64,000 bases of DNA. It comes from Squalus acanthias (taxonomy: Eukaryota). Made by a program: the position numbers and the translations under genes. The stretch spans positions 126,606,001 to 126,670,000 of the forward strand of contig CM059432.1 in the NCBI GenBank assembly GCA_030390025.1. The letters run 5' to 3'. Positions 39,300-51,045 of this stretch are shown in pieces. The number at the start of each line of letters is the position of its first letter. The first letter of the stretch is position 1. The notes under the pieces were generated by a model. The model was not told the DNA's origin. It saw only the letters and a program-made list of their open reading frames with translations, and searched no databases.

Positions 39300-40000
39300 T
39301 ATCCTCAGTTTATTCCCTCCTTTTCTGCAGATGCCTCACAGCAATAAAGACAGGGAGGAGGGAAGAAAACTCTCAACTACGACGACGATGAGGGAAGGGA
39401 TGTGGAGGTCAAGCCCACCCATAAGTTTGTAGCCCAAGATGCTGACAAATGTTCTTGTCACAACCACGTGGATCTCACCCCTTGCTTTTTCACTCCCGCG
39501 CAGTCTCCCAGTGTTAGTGACGATGTGGCATTGGGTGATTCAGAGAGCGGAGAGAGTGACTAAGGATATGCGACTTTCCTCCCCGGAGCTGGAGAAGGCA
39601 GCTGCCCATGGCTTTGAAATCACCCAACCCAGATTCATAGGTATTCGCCTAAAAAGAAGGACTTATGAGGAACGTCACTGTCGGCACACTGACACAGAAG
39701 TTCGAAGGTCAATTTCAGAGGATGTGTGGCAATTCACAGCTAGGATTCTGGAGTCTACAGCCCTCTTTTGCTGGATCAGGGAAGCTTTTTGGAGCCGGCG
39801 GCAGCTTCTTGCAGCAGCAGACCCCAGAAGCAGTTAGTGCCTCCTCCTCCTCCTCTCTATGGAAACACAGACTGTAGCTCTGGTGGCAGTAGGGGACAGA
39901 TTGGATAGTACAAAGCAGACAGCTTCCAGACCCTGGGGGCCAGGATACACCCAGTGATTGCTGCAAGGAGCATCAGCTCACACCTCATCTTCTATGTAAC
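39300..40000 (+). mobile_element. Ancient Harbinger-like relic (probable Myb gene exon 3 region)
   Basis: Acceptor ttttctgcag, acidic tract, shared blocks TGTTAG.GA.GATGTGGCA..GGTGATT and GCTGCCCATGGC with 23900-24025. Confidence 0.4.
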
Positions 40001-40159
40001 AGTCTACCTTGGACACCACGGCCTTCTCTCTTTCTCCCCCACTTTACAATAAAAGGGCTATTTCTTCAATCCACTACGCTTCCTACAACATGACAACACA
40101 CCAGCCCCCTTTGCCCCTACACAAACGTGCCAATCAGCACTCGAGTTCTAACCCACCCT

Positions 40160-41145
40160 TCTCTTCTTAGGCAGTCCCTCGAAACAGAGGATGACTTGCT
40201 TCCACATTAAAAATGAGTTCTCAGGTGACTGATGAGTCCAATGCGGGACCTACAGTCTCTGTCACAGGTGGGGCAGATGGTGGTTGAAGGGGCGGGTGCT
40301 TGGGTTGACATGCGCTCCTTGCGCTGGGCTTCCGCTTGCTCCCGGCGAAGAGACTCGAGGTGTTCCGGCGCCTTCTCGGATGCTTCTTCTCCACTTCGTG
40401 CAGTCTTGGGCCAGGGATTCCCAGGTGTCAGTGGGGATGTTGCACTTTTTCCAAGGAGGCTTTGAGGGTGTCCTTGAAGCGTTTCCTCTGCCCACCTGGG
40501 GCTCTCTTGCCGTGCCAGAGCTCAGTAGAGCGCTTGTTTTGAGAGTCTCGTATTAGGCATGCGGACAATGCGACCCGTCCATCGGAGCTGATCGAGCGCG
40601 GTCAAAGCTTCGATGCTGGGGATGTTGGCCTGAGCGAGAACACTGATGTTGATGCGCCTATCCTGCCAATGAATTTGCTGGATCTTGCGGAGGCAGCGTT
40701 GGTGGTACCTCTCCAGTGTTGAGGTGCCTGCTGTACATGGTCCATGTCTGAGGCATACAGGAGGGCAGGGTATCACTGCTGCTCTGTAGACCATGAGCTT
40801 CGTGTCGGGTTTGAGGTCCTGGTCTTCAAACACACTCTTCCTCAGGTGACCGAAGGCTGCACTGGCACACTGAAGGTGGAGTTGGACTTCATCATCGATG
40901 TCTGCCCTTGTTGACAGTAGGCTCCAGAGGTATGGAAAGTGGTCCACGTTGTCCAAGGCCTTGTTGTGGATTTTGATAATCAGGGGGGCAGTAATGTGTG
41001 GCGGGGGCAGGTTGGTAGAGGACCTTTGTCTTACGGATGTTCAGTGTAAGGCCCATGCTCTCGTACGCTTCGGTGAAGGTGTTGACAATGGTTTGAGTTC
41101 GACCTCCGAGTGAGCGCAGATGCAAGCGTCATCTGCATACTGTAA
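40160..41145 (-). mobile_element. 5'-truncated RTE-clade LINE
   Basis: LQYADDAC, MGLTLNIRKTKVLYQPAP, KLMVYRAAV, C-terminal CPTCDRDCRSRIGLISHLRTH, AAG-like tail. Confidence 0.9.
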
Positions 41146-41479
41146 TTTACCCATCAGGTAAATGACTGGATCGGCAGCAACGCTGGTTTTACATCTCCTG
41201 ATTTTACTCTCCATTAAGTCAATGGAGGGCAATATTGGGAGGGATGTAAAACCGGCATTTCACCAGCTCCCACTAGTTTCCCGATGGGCGGGTTAGGTTA
41301 ACATTACCCCCAATAAGTCAGCCCCAAATAAATGTGCCCTTTCCTGCCCGACTCTAGTCTCCCATAAATAACAGTGCAATGTCACTGCACATTCTAGTTT
41401 AATACAATGAAGTCCAAAGTGGACAGAAGAGAACACCGTGCTTCCCCTAGGCGCCTACATGTGCCTTTCTATCACCTAT

Positions 41480-42860
41480 TCTAGTGATGCTGAGGTGCAA
41501 TCTAAGGGCCGGTATCGAGAGGTGGTTGGCTGCTCATGTTCTACAAAAGGGTCATGGGACGGAGGTGGCCCCACTCTCACGGTAGCTTGCTCCTGACGGG
41601 GAACTGCTGGAGCTTGTTCCTGGGCAGCCTAGTGTTGCCTCACACACATTCCACTAGCATGGTCCTCCGAGAGGAAAGGCAAGAGACGAGCGATGTGCTG
41701 CTGTCCAGAGAGAGCCGGCAGTATCAGGCAGGCAGACTCCAGCAGGTGCCATTCCAATGGGCCCTGGGTCAGTATCCCCCACAGCTCTGTGGGATGGCTG
41801 GTTTAATGGCAGCTTTTAAGATCCTGAAAGCCCTGAGACACCACAGCATGCCTCATGGCTGCCACAGACTGGAAGCTGCTGCGCAGGCTGCTCTATTCTC
41901 TCCCCTATTGCCACCAGAGCTGCAGTCTGTGCTTCCATGAAGGTAGAGGCACCAACTGGTCCCTGGCCGCTTCTTAGCGAAGGATCTGCTGCGGATTCCA
42001 GTGACGCGGTCACCTGCGCCATTGGTTCCTGCAATGAAGACAAAGCTTCAGTGATGTTGCCACACGGGAGGGCTGTAAACCAGAAAGTCTCAACTGTCAG
42101 CTGCCACACATCTTCGGAGACCGACTTCAGAGCCTGTAGGCAGATGTAGCCTTCTTTTCAGATGGCCTATTGTGAATTTCGACACCATAGGCAGCTTTCT
42201 CCTCAGCCTCTGCTGGGAAAGTGGCGCCTCTTCACCCACTTCCTAATCTTTCAGATCCCTCTTGCTCTGAATCACCCAGTGGCACATCCTCACGAACACT
42301 AATTGTTTTTGGGTGAAAGTATCAGGAGTTAGTGTGTGGGAGCAAGGAAGCAAGTGACAAAGGTGGGGGGGCGGGGGGAGAGGGAGTTGGGACAGAGGAA
42401 CATGGGGCAGGAGGTTTCTAGAGGAAACAGGTGGGCTGTAGACCACTCAACTCCCTTTGCATCATCATCCTCGCCATTATTGTAGTTGACAAGGAGGTAG
42501 TTGCGTCATGCTTCTTCGTCATTTCCTCCTCCTGTTCCCCCCCACCAGTGCTATGTTGGATCTGCAGGAAAGGAGGGTAGAAACGAAGAATGGGTGAACA
42601 TTACCCCCATTGGATTAAGGAGATGGAAATTGGTGTTTCACAGGAATGCCAGGGCAACAGTGTAGGTGTTCAGTCACTAACGTGGCACTGATAATATGCT
42701 GCAGACCTGATCATCTCCCATGGCAAGAGCAGAGTGCCTCCCCATTGGCTTGATGGCTTTCTCCTTATATGGCACAAGGGGTTTAAAGGTGATGATGCCC
42801 CCACCGGTGGTGTGCCTAGGGTGGGCACTGTGCTCCATTTTCTCCTGCAAGACGATTGAG
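41480..42860 (-). pseudogene. Old Harbinger Myb gene relic (exons 2-3)
   Basis: ttgcag|EKMEHSAHPRHTTGGG (exon 2 homologue), MEAQTAALVAI resembling MQTQIEATRAL, acceptor ttcctgcag before an acidic tract. Confidence 0.55.
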
Positions 42861-42904
42861 CACACGAGGGGAAGGCAGGGAGGAAATGGAGAAGTGCGCG
42901 CCAA

Positions 42905-43745
42905 GTGGTACATTCAAATTCAGCCTTGTCTTAAGCAAAATCTCCTCTCCCCATCAGCTGATAAGAGTCCTACGTGAAATGCATTTGGAGAAAAATGACC
43001 AGGAATTTCCTCCAAGCTGCTCCCACTCCACATCATCACCGGTCGTGCAGGAACAGCTTCAAGGAAATTCCTGGCCAAAGACTCTACAATATGGCACTAA
43101 ATTGCCAGTCTCACTTACAAAGCACACTTGGATGGCTGCTCTGGGAAAGAGAAAGAATCCCATGTCTGCAATAGAGAGCTTGGGATAAGGCATATTATTG
43201 AGCAAGAGTAGAGGGAGCTTTACCTTGTGTTGGGGACGGTAGTGTAGTGGTTATGTTACAGGACTAATAATCCAGAGGCCTAGACTAATGATCCAGAGAC
43301 AAGAGTTCAAAATCCCCCACGGCAGCTGGGGAATTTAAATTCAATTAAATAAATCTGGAATTTAAAAAAAAGCTAGTATCAGTAATGGTGACCATGAAAC
43401 TACCGGATTGTCGTAAAAACCCAGCTGGTTCACTAATGTCCTTTAGGGAAGGAAATCTGCCGTCCTTACCTGGTCTGGTCTATATGACTCCAGATCCACA
43501 GCAATGTGGTTGACTCTTAACTGCTCTCTGAAATGGCCTAGCAAGCCACTCAGTTGTATTCAAGGTCGCGAGGGCAATTAGGGATGGGCAATAATTGCTG
43601 GCCTTGCCAGCAATGTCTACATCCTGTGAATGAATTAAAAAAAAAAAATCTAGCTTATGCTACTCCTGACACAGGAGTGCTTGACGGTGACAGCATGACA
43701 AAAGTGGAAACGCACACCATTCCTAGCACCCTTACAACTCATTTG
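42905..43745 (+). mobile_element. LF-SINE-like ancient SINE interrupted by a MITE (42997-43076) and a tRNA-SINE
   Basis: TTCAAATTCAGCC, CCTACGTGAAATG, GGCACTAAATTGCCAGTCTCA and AAGGCATATT occur in the order recalled for the LF-SINE consensus. Not database-checked. Confidence 0.5.
43232..43648 (+). mobile_element. Full-length tRNA-derived SINE with LINE-derived tail
   Basis: A-box GTAGTGTAGTGG, B-box GAGTTCAAAATCCC, body TAAAAACCCAGCTGGTTCACTAATGTCCTTTAGGGAAGG, tail TAGGGATGGGCAATAATTGCTGGCCTTGCCAG plus poly-A. Confidence 0.85.
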
Positions 43746-46700
43746 CATAAATGTATTCAAACTATCTTTCTATAAAATACTCAGCCATGCTTCCCTGCAA
43801 GGGATAGGTTTGCACTGTTTGAGTCATAATACAATTGGTAAGCTGTCATAATTTTATTAGACAAGAAGGATTTTTTTTTTTAAAAAACCTGCTTTCACTA
43901 CATGACAGGGGTTATAACAATGCCAATAATGTACATCATGCCAAATCCATTGTTTATTAGCAAGTACTCAGTTAAATAAAGGCAGCTGGAGCACTTCAAA
44001 GAAACATTTTGAAGTGAAGATAATCAAGCCTTAGACAATAGCTGCAATTAGAGGATATTTGAAGCTCCTGTTAAGTGACAGCTGCTAAACAGCAAAGAAT
44101 GTCATCACCACTGGAAAAACTAGAGGAAAATAGCAACAGAATCCTCACACACAATTCACGCTGCCACTGGGAACTTCAATGAAATGCTACAAGTGTCAGC
44201 ATCGCTATTCAGAGGATGGGCACCATTTGTGGCCCAGTAATGATCTAAAAACCTCAGACTGTTTGAATGACTCATCTGCCCGAGCTGCCCACGAACCACC
44301 GTGGACACCATGTTTCCTGGGTATGAGTTGGAATCAGCATCCTGCACATACATACACCAGGAAATCCGTGCAGGATGTCCCTGCCCCACAATCCCCAATT
44401 AATAGTCAGTCAAAGGAACCTCCAGTTGCTTTGGATGGGTGCTTTCACTGGCTGCCCCAGGCACAACTAGTGAATCCAAGAGGAGGCAGAAGTGAATGGA
44501 GAACTGGTTTCTGATGACTTTAGTGCTTCATTATGCCTCATCTGCATTTAAGTTTTGGAGTGTAAAGGAGGAAAAAAAAATTTGGCCCCAGTGTTTCACC
44601 TGGATAAGGCATTGATTGGAATACTGTGCTGTACAAATGCATTAATTTGTAAATTGCACATATTTCCAAAGTGAGCCATTACAAGGGTATTTTTATACCA
44701 TGCCATGGTAATTTATAGCCAATGGTAACTTAATTGTAAAGGTAAAGTTAGGAAAATCTCCCCGGAATTCCCAGTTTCATTGAAAAAGAACAAAATAATA
44801 ATTCTTGGCATCAAAGTGATGGGACCAAGATAAACCAAAAGTTGCAGTGTCCATTTTTCCATGATGCCAACAAATGCAAAACATAGCTGACCTCAAATAG
44901 AAAGGCACCACTAAACTCAGCCCTCAATTTCGGACAAGGGTGCAAATGTCCTAGAGAGAGATAAATAACTGAACAGAAATTGCCACTAATTTCAAACATC
45001 ATGGTTGAAGTGCAACTATTTACTGACTCCTGGGCAGAAATATCAAATTGTCCATAATGCATGTAATTGATATGAATGCATATCACTTGAGACAGCACAT
45101 TGTAACACCTATGCAACATGCGCTGTCCCCTGGTATTTGCATTCCTGAAGGAACGTAAACAGAATTTAAAAAGTCTTAGTGTCAATTTTTCCCCCCAAAA
45201 TACAAACAGGATAAATCTGATTGGAATTTATAGGGATAGGTATAAAGTTACATGATCCAGTACTCCATGGGACAATGGTCCTTGTGTTTCTGCAGAGGGG
45301 AGCTGCCTGTGGAGGACAGCAAGCCAGGGTTAAAAGTGTAGCTCAGTCGATAGATACATATTTGGGAGTTCTTCTTGGTTACCTTAAGGGTTCAGTTCTT
45401 CAAGGAGATTAAATAGTTGGGGTAAAGTATTTAGGATTGCAGCATTAGATGTGTCTACTACTGTGGCTGATCTCCTACTGCAGTCAAAGGGTGACTCTAT
45501 GGAGGCTCCTTTCAAATGTACATGAGTCACAAAGTTATAAATTCAATTTTGTTTAGCATATGATTACCATAAATTAGAAGTGAAATGAATGATTTAAACT
45601 GCTGAAATGCTATAAAGTTTTTTTTTTTAATTGAAGAATTGCTAAACAAAAGTGCCATTCGTTTCCACAGGACTTCTCCCAATTGTCTGCTGTAATTTTG
45701 GCAGATGATCCACGGAAACTTGGCAGACCTTGCGCCACAGTTACGCGAAGAACCCCCAGTGGAAATTCAATCCCAAAATTATGAATATCACTTCTGCATC
45801 CCAGCTAGACTTTTCCCCAATGCTGTTATGATTTCATATTTTGTTTTAAACAAAAAAAAGAGCTCTTGCTTTGATGAGGACCTATATCTAACAGTTTCAG
45901 TTGGGGTGTTCTGACACATATGGCGCACTAGGGTTGATTTCCTTAATTTGAGAGTGTAGGAGTTGCCCTCTTGCCTTGTGCTGGGTAGTTCATTAAAAAT
46001 AGCTTCTGCAGTGCCGCTTCCATCTCTCGAACGTGACAGTATCCTTCAGTATAATCACGGTAGTTGTGCTTCTGGAGCCTAGGCTGAAGTTATATTGCCA
46101 CTTCCACATCAGCACAAAGTAGTTTTGAGTGTGCATTAATGCAAAAGGTTCCAGTGAGCACTAAAGCTAACCAGCTGTAAGAATGCCTGAGGGGGTCACC
46201 CAATACTGCTCGGGCTTCATGCGGTTGGAGTATAGTCCTGTGTGAAGCTGGTTTTACAAAGTGCTCAGGTGGTCTGTTTGAATCTCCTGAGCAATTTATA
46301 AACTTACTGAGGGGCCTTTTTAAAAAAAATATTAAAGTAATGAGAGTGGGCACTTCTACCCACACATTCCTAACATTAAAAAATAACCACTGGAGCTCTG
46401 CATATTTTTGAGCAATTGCCAGCTGAACTTCAGTCTATGGCTACTAATCTCAGACTATAATGCAGTATAACTGCAGCCATACACTGTTCCAAAGAGGCTG
46501 ATTAGACATCCATGATTCCCATGTAGTGAATGTTAATAAAGCCCTATAGTTAAATGATTCATACTTAGCAAAAATATATTTCTGCCATGGAATTAGTGCA
46601 ACAGTGAGTGTTATTAAACACTGTCAGATGGGTGTTACAGTACCATTTTTAATGCACAAAAATCAAATGACAGTTTAAGCATACTCTGAGATATACTCTC

Positions 46701-46979
46701 TAAAAAATTGTTAAATTGGTGTTTTAATTGTTACTTGCTAATCTATTACTGCAGTGTTAAAATGTGAACTGATAACATTAAAAATACCACAGCACAGTCA
46801 GTGGTAAATGGGCTTTGCGGACAGATCACAGATTTGAAAATGTTCAACGTCTTGTTAATGACCCGAGCAAAACGGGGATAAAAACCAGGTCAAAAAGGGT
46901 AGAAACCCTCCAATGATTGTAGTAATTACCGACACAAGATAAGATGGCCATGGCCAATCATCACAGTCCTAGGTCAAAG

Positions 46980-47250
46980 AATAGTACAGCACAGAAGGAG
47001 GCCATTCAGCCCAGCGAGTCTCTTTCGAAGAGCAATCCAGTTAGTCCTCCTCCCCTGCTCTTTCCCCATATCCCGGCAATTTTTTCTCCTTCAAGTATTT
47101 ATCCAATTCCCTTTTGAAGGCTACTACTGAATCTGTATCCACCACCCTATCAGACAGTGCATTCCAAATCCTAACCACTCATTATGTAAAAAAGTTTTTC
47201 TTCATGTCGACTCTGGTTCTTTTGTCAATCACCATAGATCTGTGCCCTAG
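46980..47250 (-). mobile_element. CR1 3' end fragment
   Basis: DMKKNFFT and 3' UTR GAATGGCCTCCTTCTGTGCTGTA. Confidence 0.85.
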
Positions 47251-47529
47251 GAGTTCCTCAGGGAACATGGGAATTGCTAGACGAAAAGGCCAAGGTCCAT
47301 CCAGTTCACCTTCTACCATCCTGGCAGTCACCTGATACAATTGTTGACTAATTGTGGCAATCAATGTCTCTCAATTAGTCTACAACAGAACTAGACACGA
47401 GGCTAGGAAAACCCCAGTGATGGAGAGCTTTGGAAATCATGGTTCAAAGTCACCTGTTCCTCCCAAGAATGCTACACTTACCATATGTCATGACTCACGT
47501 TACTCATATCCCAATATATTATTTTCTGA

Positions 47530-48378
47530 AAGGAAGCTTGCCCAGCCCAACCATCTTCAGCTGCTTCATCATTGACCTTCCTTCCATCTCAAGGTCAAGA
47601 GTACGGCTGTTCACTGAGGATTCCACAGTGTTCAACGCCACTCAAATCCTCTGAAGATGAAGCAGTCAATGCAGGACCTGGACAACATCCAGGCTTGGGC
47701 TAACAAGATGAAAGTAACATTGATGCCACATAAATGCCCAGCAATGCAATCACCAACAAGAAAAGGCCTAACCATCTCCACTAAACTTCAGTGGCACCAC
47801 TACTGACCAGAAGCTGAACTGGACCAGCCAAATCAACAAAAAGGGCAGAGGTGGGCATCTCTACAACAAATGGCTCATCTCCCGACCCCTCAAAGCATCT
47901 CCACCATATACAAGACTCAAGTCATGGAATACTCAACACACGCCTGGATGCGTACAGCAACAAGAGTTCAAGAAGTTCATCCAGGACAAGGAGCAGCCTC
48001 CACTGGACTCAGTATTAACCCCCTTCATCACTGGTGCACCAACCACACAATGAGGTACAGCAACTCACCAAGGTTACTTGGACAGCACCTCCCGACCTCC
48101 ATCACCGAGAAGGACAAGAACAGCAATGTCATGGGAACACTATTATCTCCAAGTTCCCCTCCCAAGTCACACATAATCCTGACTTGGACATGCATCACTT
48201 CGTCAGTGCGACAATATCCTAAAATTCTCTACTGAACACTATCGTGGGAGTACAGTCACCACAAGGACTGCAGCGGTTTAACAAGGCAGCCCACTTCTAC
48301 CTTCATAGGGCAACCAAGAAGGGGGAATAAGTGTGGCCTTGCCAGCGTCACCCACATTCAGGGAACAAATCTTAAAAA
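47530..48378 (+). mobile_element. 3' part (RT to tail) of the LINE partnered with the 43232 SINE
   Basis: GSLPSPTIFSCFIIDLPS, QDLDNIQAWA, STIYKTQVMEYS, tail GGCCTTGCCAGCGTCACCCACATTC. Confidence 0.75.
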
Positions 48379-48939
48379 GTTAACCAATGTTACCATTCTG
48401 AATTGGCTACAGTTATGCATATGGACTTGTGAACTCGTCAATTCCTGACTATAATGGCACTTTAATGTATATCCTGATCCATACTGTTCTTTCACAATAC
48501 TGTAGATCGAATGCAATAGTTTGTGGAATATTTGCTTCTCTCCCTCCCCAACAAATCTGGAATTACTGGACTAGTGGCAAGTGACAGAAAATTTAGTAGG
48601 AAACAGTTTCTTTTGTCCTATTACATTATTGTTAGGATTCCTAATAATCCAGTGGCAAACAAACTAGATTTACTATGGTTGAAATAATTAGCATGCAGCA
48701 ACATTCAGTAGCTTTGTGCAAGCTTACAAACTCCCAGCTTACAAACTTCACTTGTCCACTCTGAATCTAGAACAGCTGTTGTTTAATTGAAAGATTGATA
48801 CTTAAAATAATCTTTAAATGCTTGTACTCAAACAGACAGGCCATTACAGCTATAACCTTTCTTACAAGCTTGTGTGATTAACAGGTTAAAAGTGATGTTT
48901 AAATGCTAGAGCCATCTTTGTTTATACATTAATGCCATT

Positions 48940-50613
48940 GGGGGGAATTTTAACCCAAAAAACCAGGTGGGTTGGGGGCAGTGTGGGAAGTTAGTCTTAA
49001 AAACCTGAATCCCGAACAGAATCGCCTCCAATCCGCCCACTTCCAGTTTTAACGGAGGCGGGAGGCATCCAACCCACTCTCAGGAGGCGGGTTGTCTATT
49101 TAAATATTATAATGAGGCTGGAAGCCTCTGCTTTAACCTCCATTTTGAATTTAACTGCTCAGGTTTTGCAGGCCTCGTGAAACCCGCCGGCTAAAGTAAG
49201 GGGAGGACTGCTGGATCCAGTGAACCTACTTAGCCTACCCCACCCCAGCCCCCAATCCCTCTCTGACCACACCCCTGCCCCGTGGTGGTCCTAGCCCCCG
49301 ATCCATCTCCGACACCCCCTCCCGTGCTGGTCCCAGCCCCCGATCCATCTCCGACACCCCCTCCCGTGCTGGTCCTAGCCCCCGATCCATCTCCGACACC
49401 CCCTCCCGTGCTGGTTCCAGCCCCCGATCCATCTCCGACACCCCCTCCCGTGCTGGTCCCAGCCCCCGATCCATCTCCGACACCCCCTCCCATGCTGGTC
49501 CCAGCCCCTGATCCATCTCCGACACCCCCTCCCAACACCCGTGCTGGTCCCAGCCACCGATCAATCTCCGACACTCCCCTCCCACGCTGGTCCCGGCCCA
49601 TCTCCAACACCCCCCTCCTGTGCTGATCCCAGCCCCCGATCCATCTCCGACACCCCCTCCCGTGCTGGTCCCAGCCCCCGATCCATCTCCAACACCACCT
49701 CCCACCACCCGTGCTGGTCCCAGCCCCCGATCCATCTCAGACACCGTCTGCCCCCTCCCGTGCTGGTCCCAGCCCCCGATCCATCTCAGACACCGCCTGC
49801 CCCCTCCCGTGCTGGTCCCAGCCCCCGATCCATCTCAGACACTGCCTGCCCCCTCCCGTGCTGGTCCCAGCCCCCGATCCATCTCAGACACCGCCTGCCC
49901 CCTCCCGTGCTGGTCCCAGCCCCCGATCCATCTCCAACACCCCCTCCCAACACCCGTGCTGGTCCCAGCCCCCGATCCATCTCCGACACCCCCTCCCAAC
50001 ACCCATGCTGGTCCCAGCCACCGATCCATCTCGGACACCGCCTGCCCCCTCCAGTGCTGGTCCCGGCCTCCGATCCATCTCCGACACGCTTCTCCCGTGC
50101 TGGTCCCAGCCCCCGATCCATCTCCGACACGCCCTCCCACCACCCATGCTGGTCCCAGCCACCAATCCATCACTGACTGCTGACTGCCCCCACCCCAGTG
50201 TTGATCCCCGGCCCCCGATCCATCTCCGCCCCACCCCCCCCCCGCCCCCCCGCTCCTCACTGTGCTGGTCCCGGCCCCCGATCATTTCCATCCCCACCCC
50301 CACACAATCCCTCCCTCCTCTCTGCAGCCTAGTGCCACAGGCCTACCCGCTCGCAGCCAACCAGTCTCTCAATGTGGCTGGCTGCGGATGGGAAACAGAG
50401 GTTTCCCTGTGCAAATCAGGCCCTGCCATTAAATTATGCGGGTGATCCATTGAAGCAGTGGTGCAAGACCGGCGGTGTGTGATCATCCGCCCGTTATCGG
50501 CAGCGCCTGCTAGTCGATTCCATTGACTGCAACGACTATCAGGCGCTGCCTATAAAGTGCGGCCGATCCGATACCGTCCGTCTTGCGCCACCGCCCAAGA
50601 TCAATTTCTACCC
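48940..50613. mobile_element. Non-autonomous Harbinger-type element(s) containing a minisatellite; possibly composite
   Basis: Left end GGGGGGAATTTT homologous to 4614. Right end is a palindromic block (GGCAGCGCCTG/CAGGCGCTGCC) ending AATTTCTACCC. TIRs match poorly and there is no clear TSD. Confidence 0.5.
49279..50290. repeat. C-rich minisatellite, 42-bp core unit with ~49-51-bp variants, roughly 20 copies
   Basis: Unit CCCGTGCTGGTCCCAGCCCCCGATCCATCTCCGACACCCCCT (49321, 49363, 49405...). Confidence 0.95.
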
Positions 50614-51045
50614 TACAAATGGTGCCTGGCTGCCAATTAATTTGAATCTAATCCAAATTTGAATCTAATCCATTTTAAAACATAAGGGGTTAGAAATTAG
50701 GTCGCGCCCCATTTGGGGCGCAAATATCGTCCGGACGCAAATATTAGCGCCTGGCGCTAATTATCGGCACTGACAGGAAACTTCACTTTTACCGCCCCGG
50801 GAGGTGAGTGGAGCGCTAAATTAGGCGCTGCACACCTCTCTTAAGGCGCAAAGGCCTAGGAGTGAGGCGCTACCTCAGCGCACGAGCGCAGCGCAGCTGC
50901 TGCCAGTTAGCGAGGGAACACAGACACACTGGCGCCGGACACTTCTTAAAGCGGGGGGGGGGCCACTTGCTCCCCAGCCACACCCTGCTCATTGCAGCCT
51001 TGAATCTCAGCCTGGAGAGACCTGTAATCCATTTTGCTGCCAAGC

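Noticed and set aside
49279..50290. CRISPR-like array
   Set aside because: Units are contiguous tandem repeats without unique spacers, no cas genes are present, and the context is vertebrate.
49230..50445. Long Pro-rich and Gly-rich ORFs
   Set aside because: Artefacts of a stop-poor minisatellite that is open in several frames on both strands.
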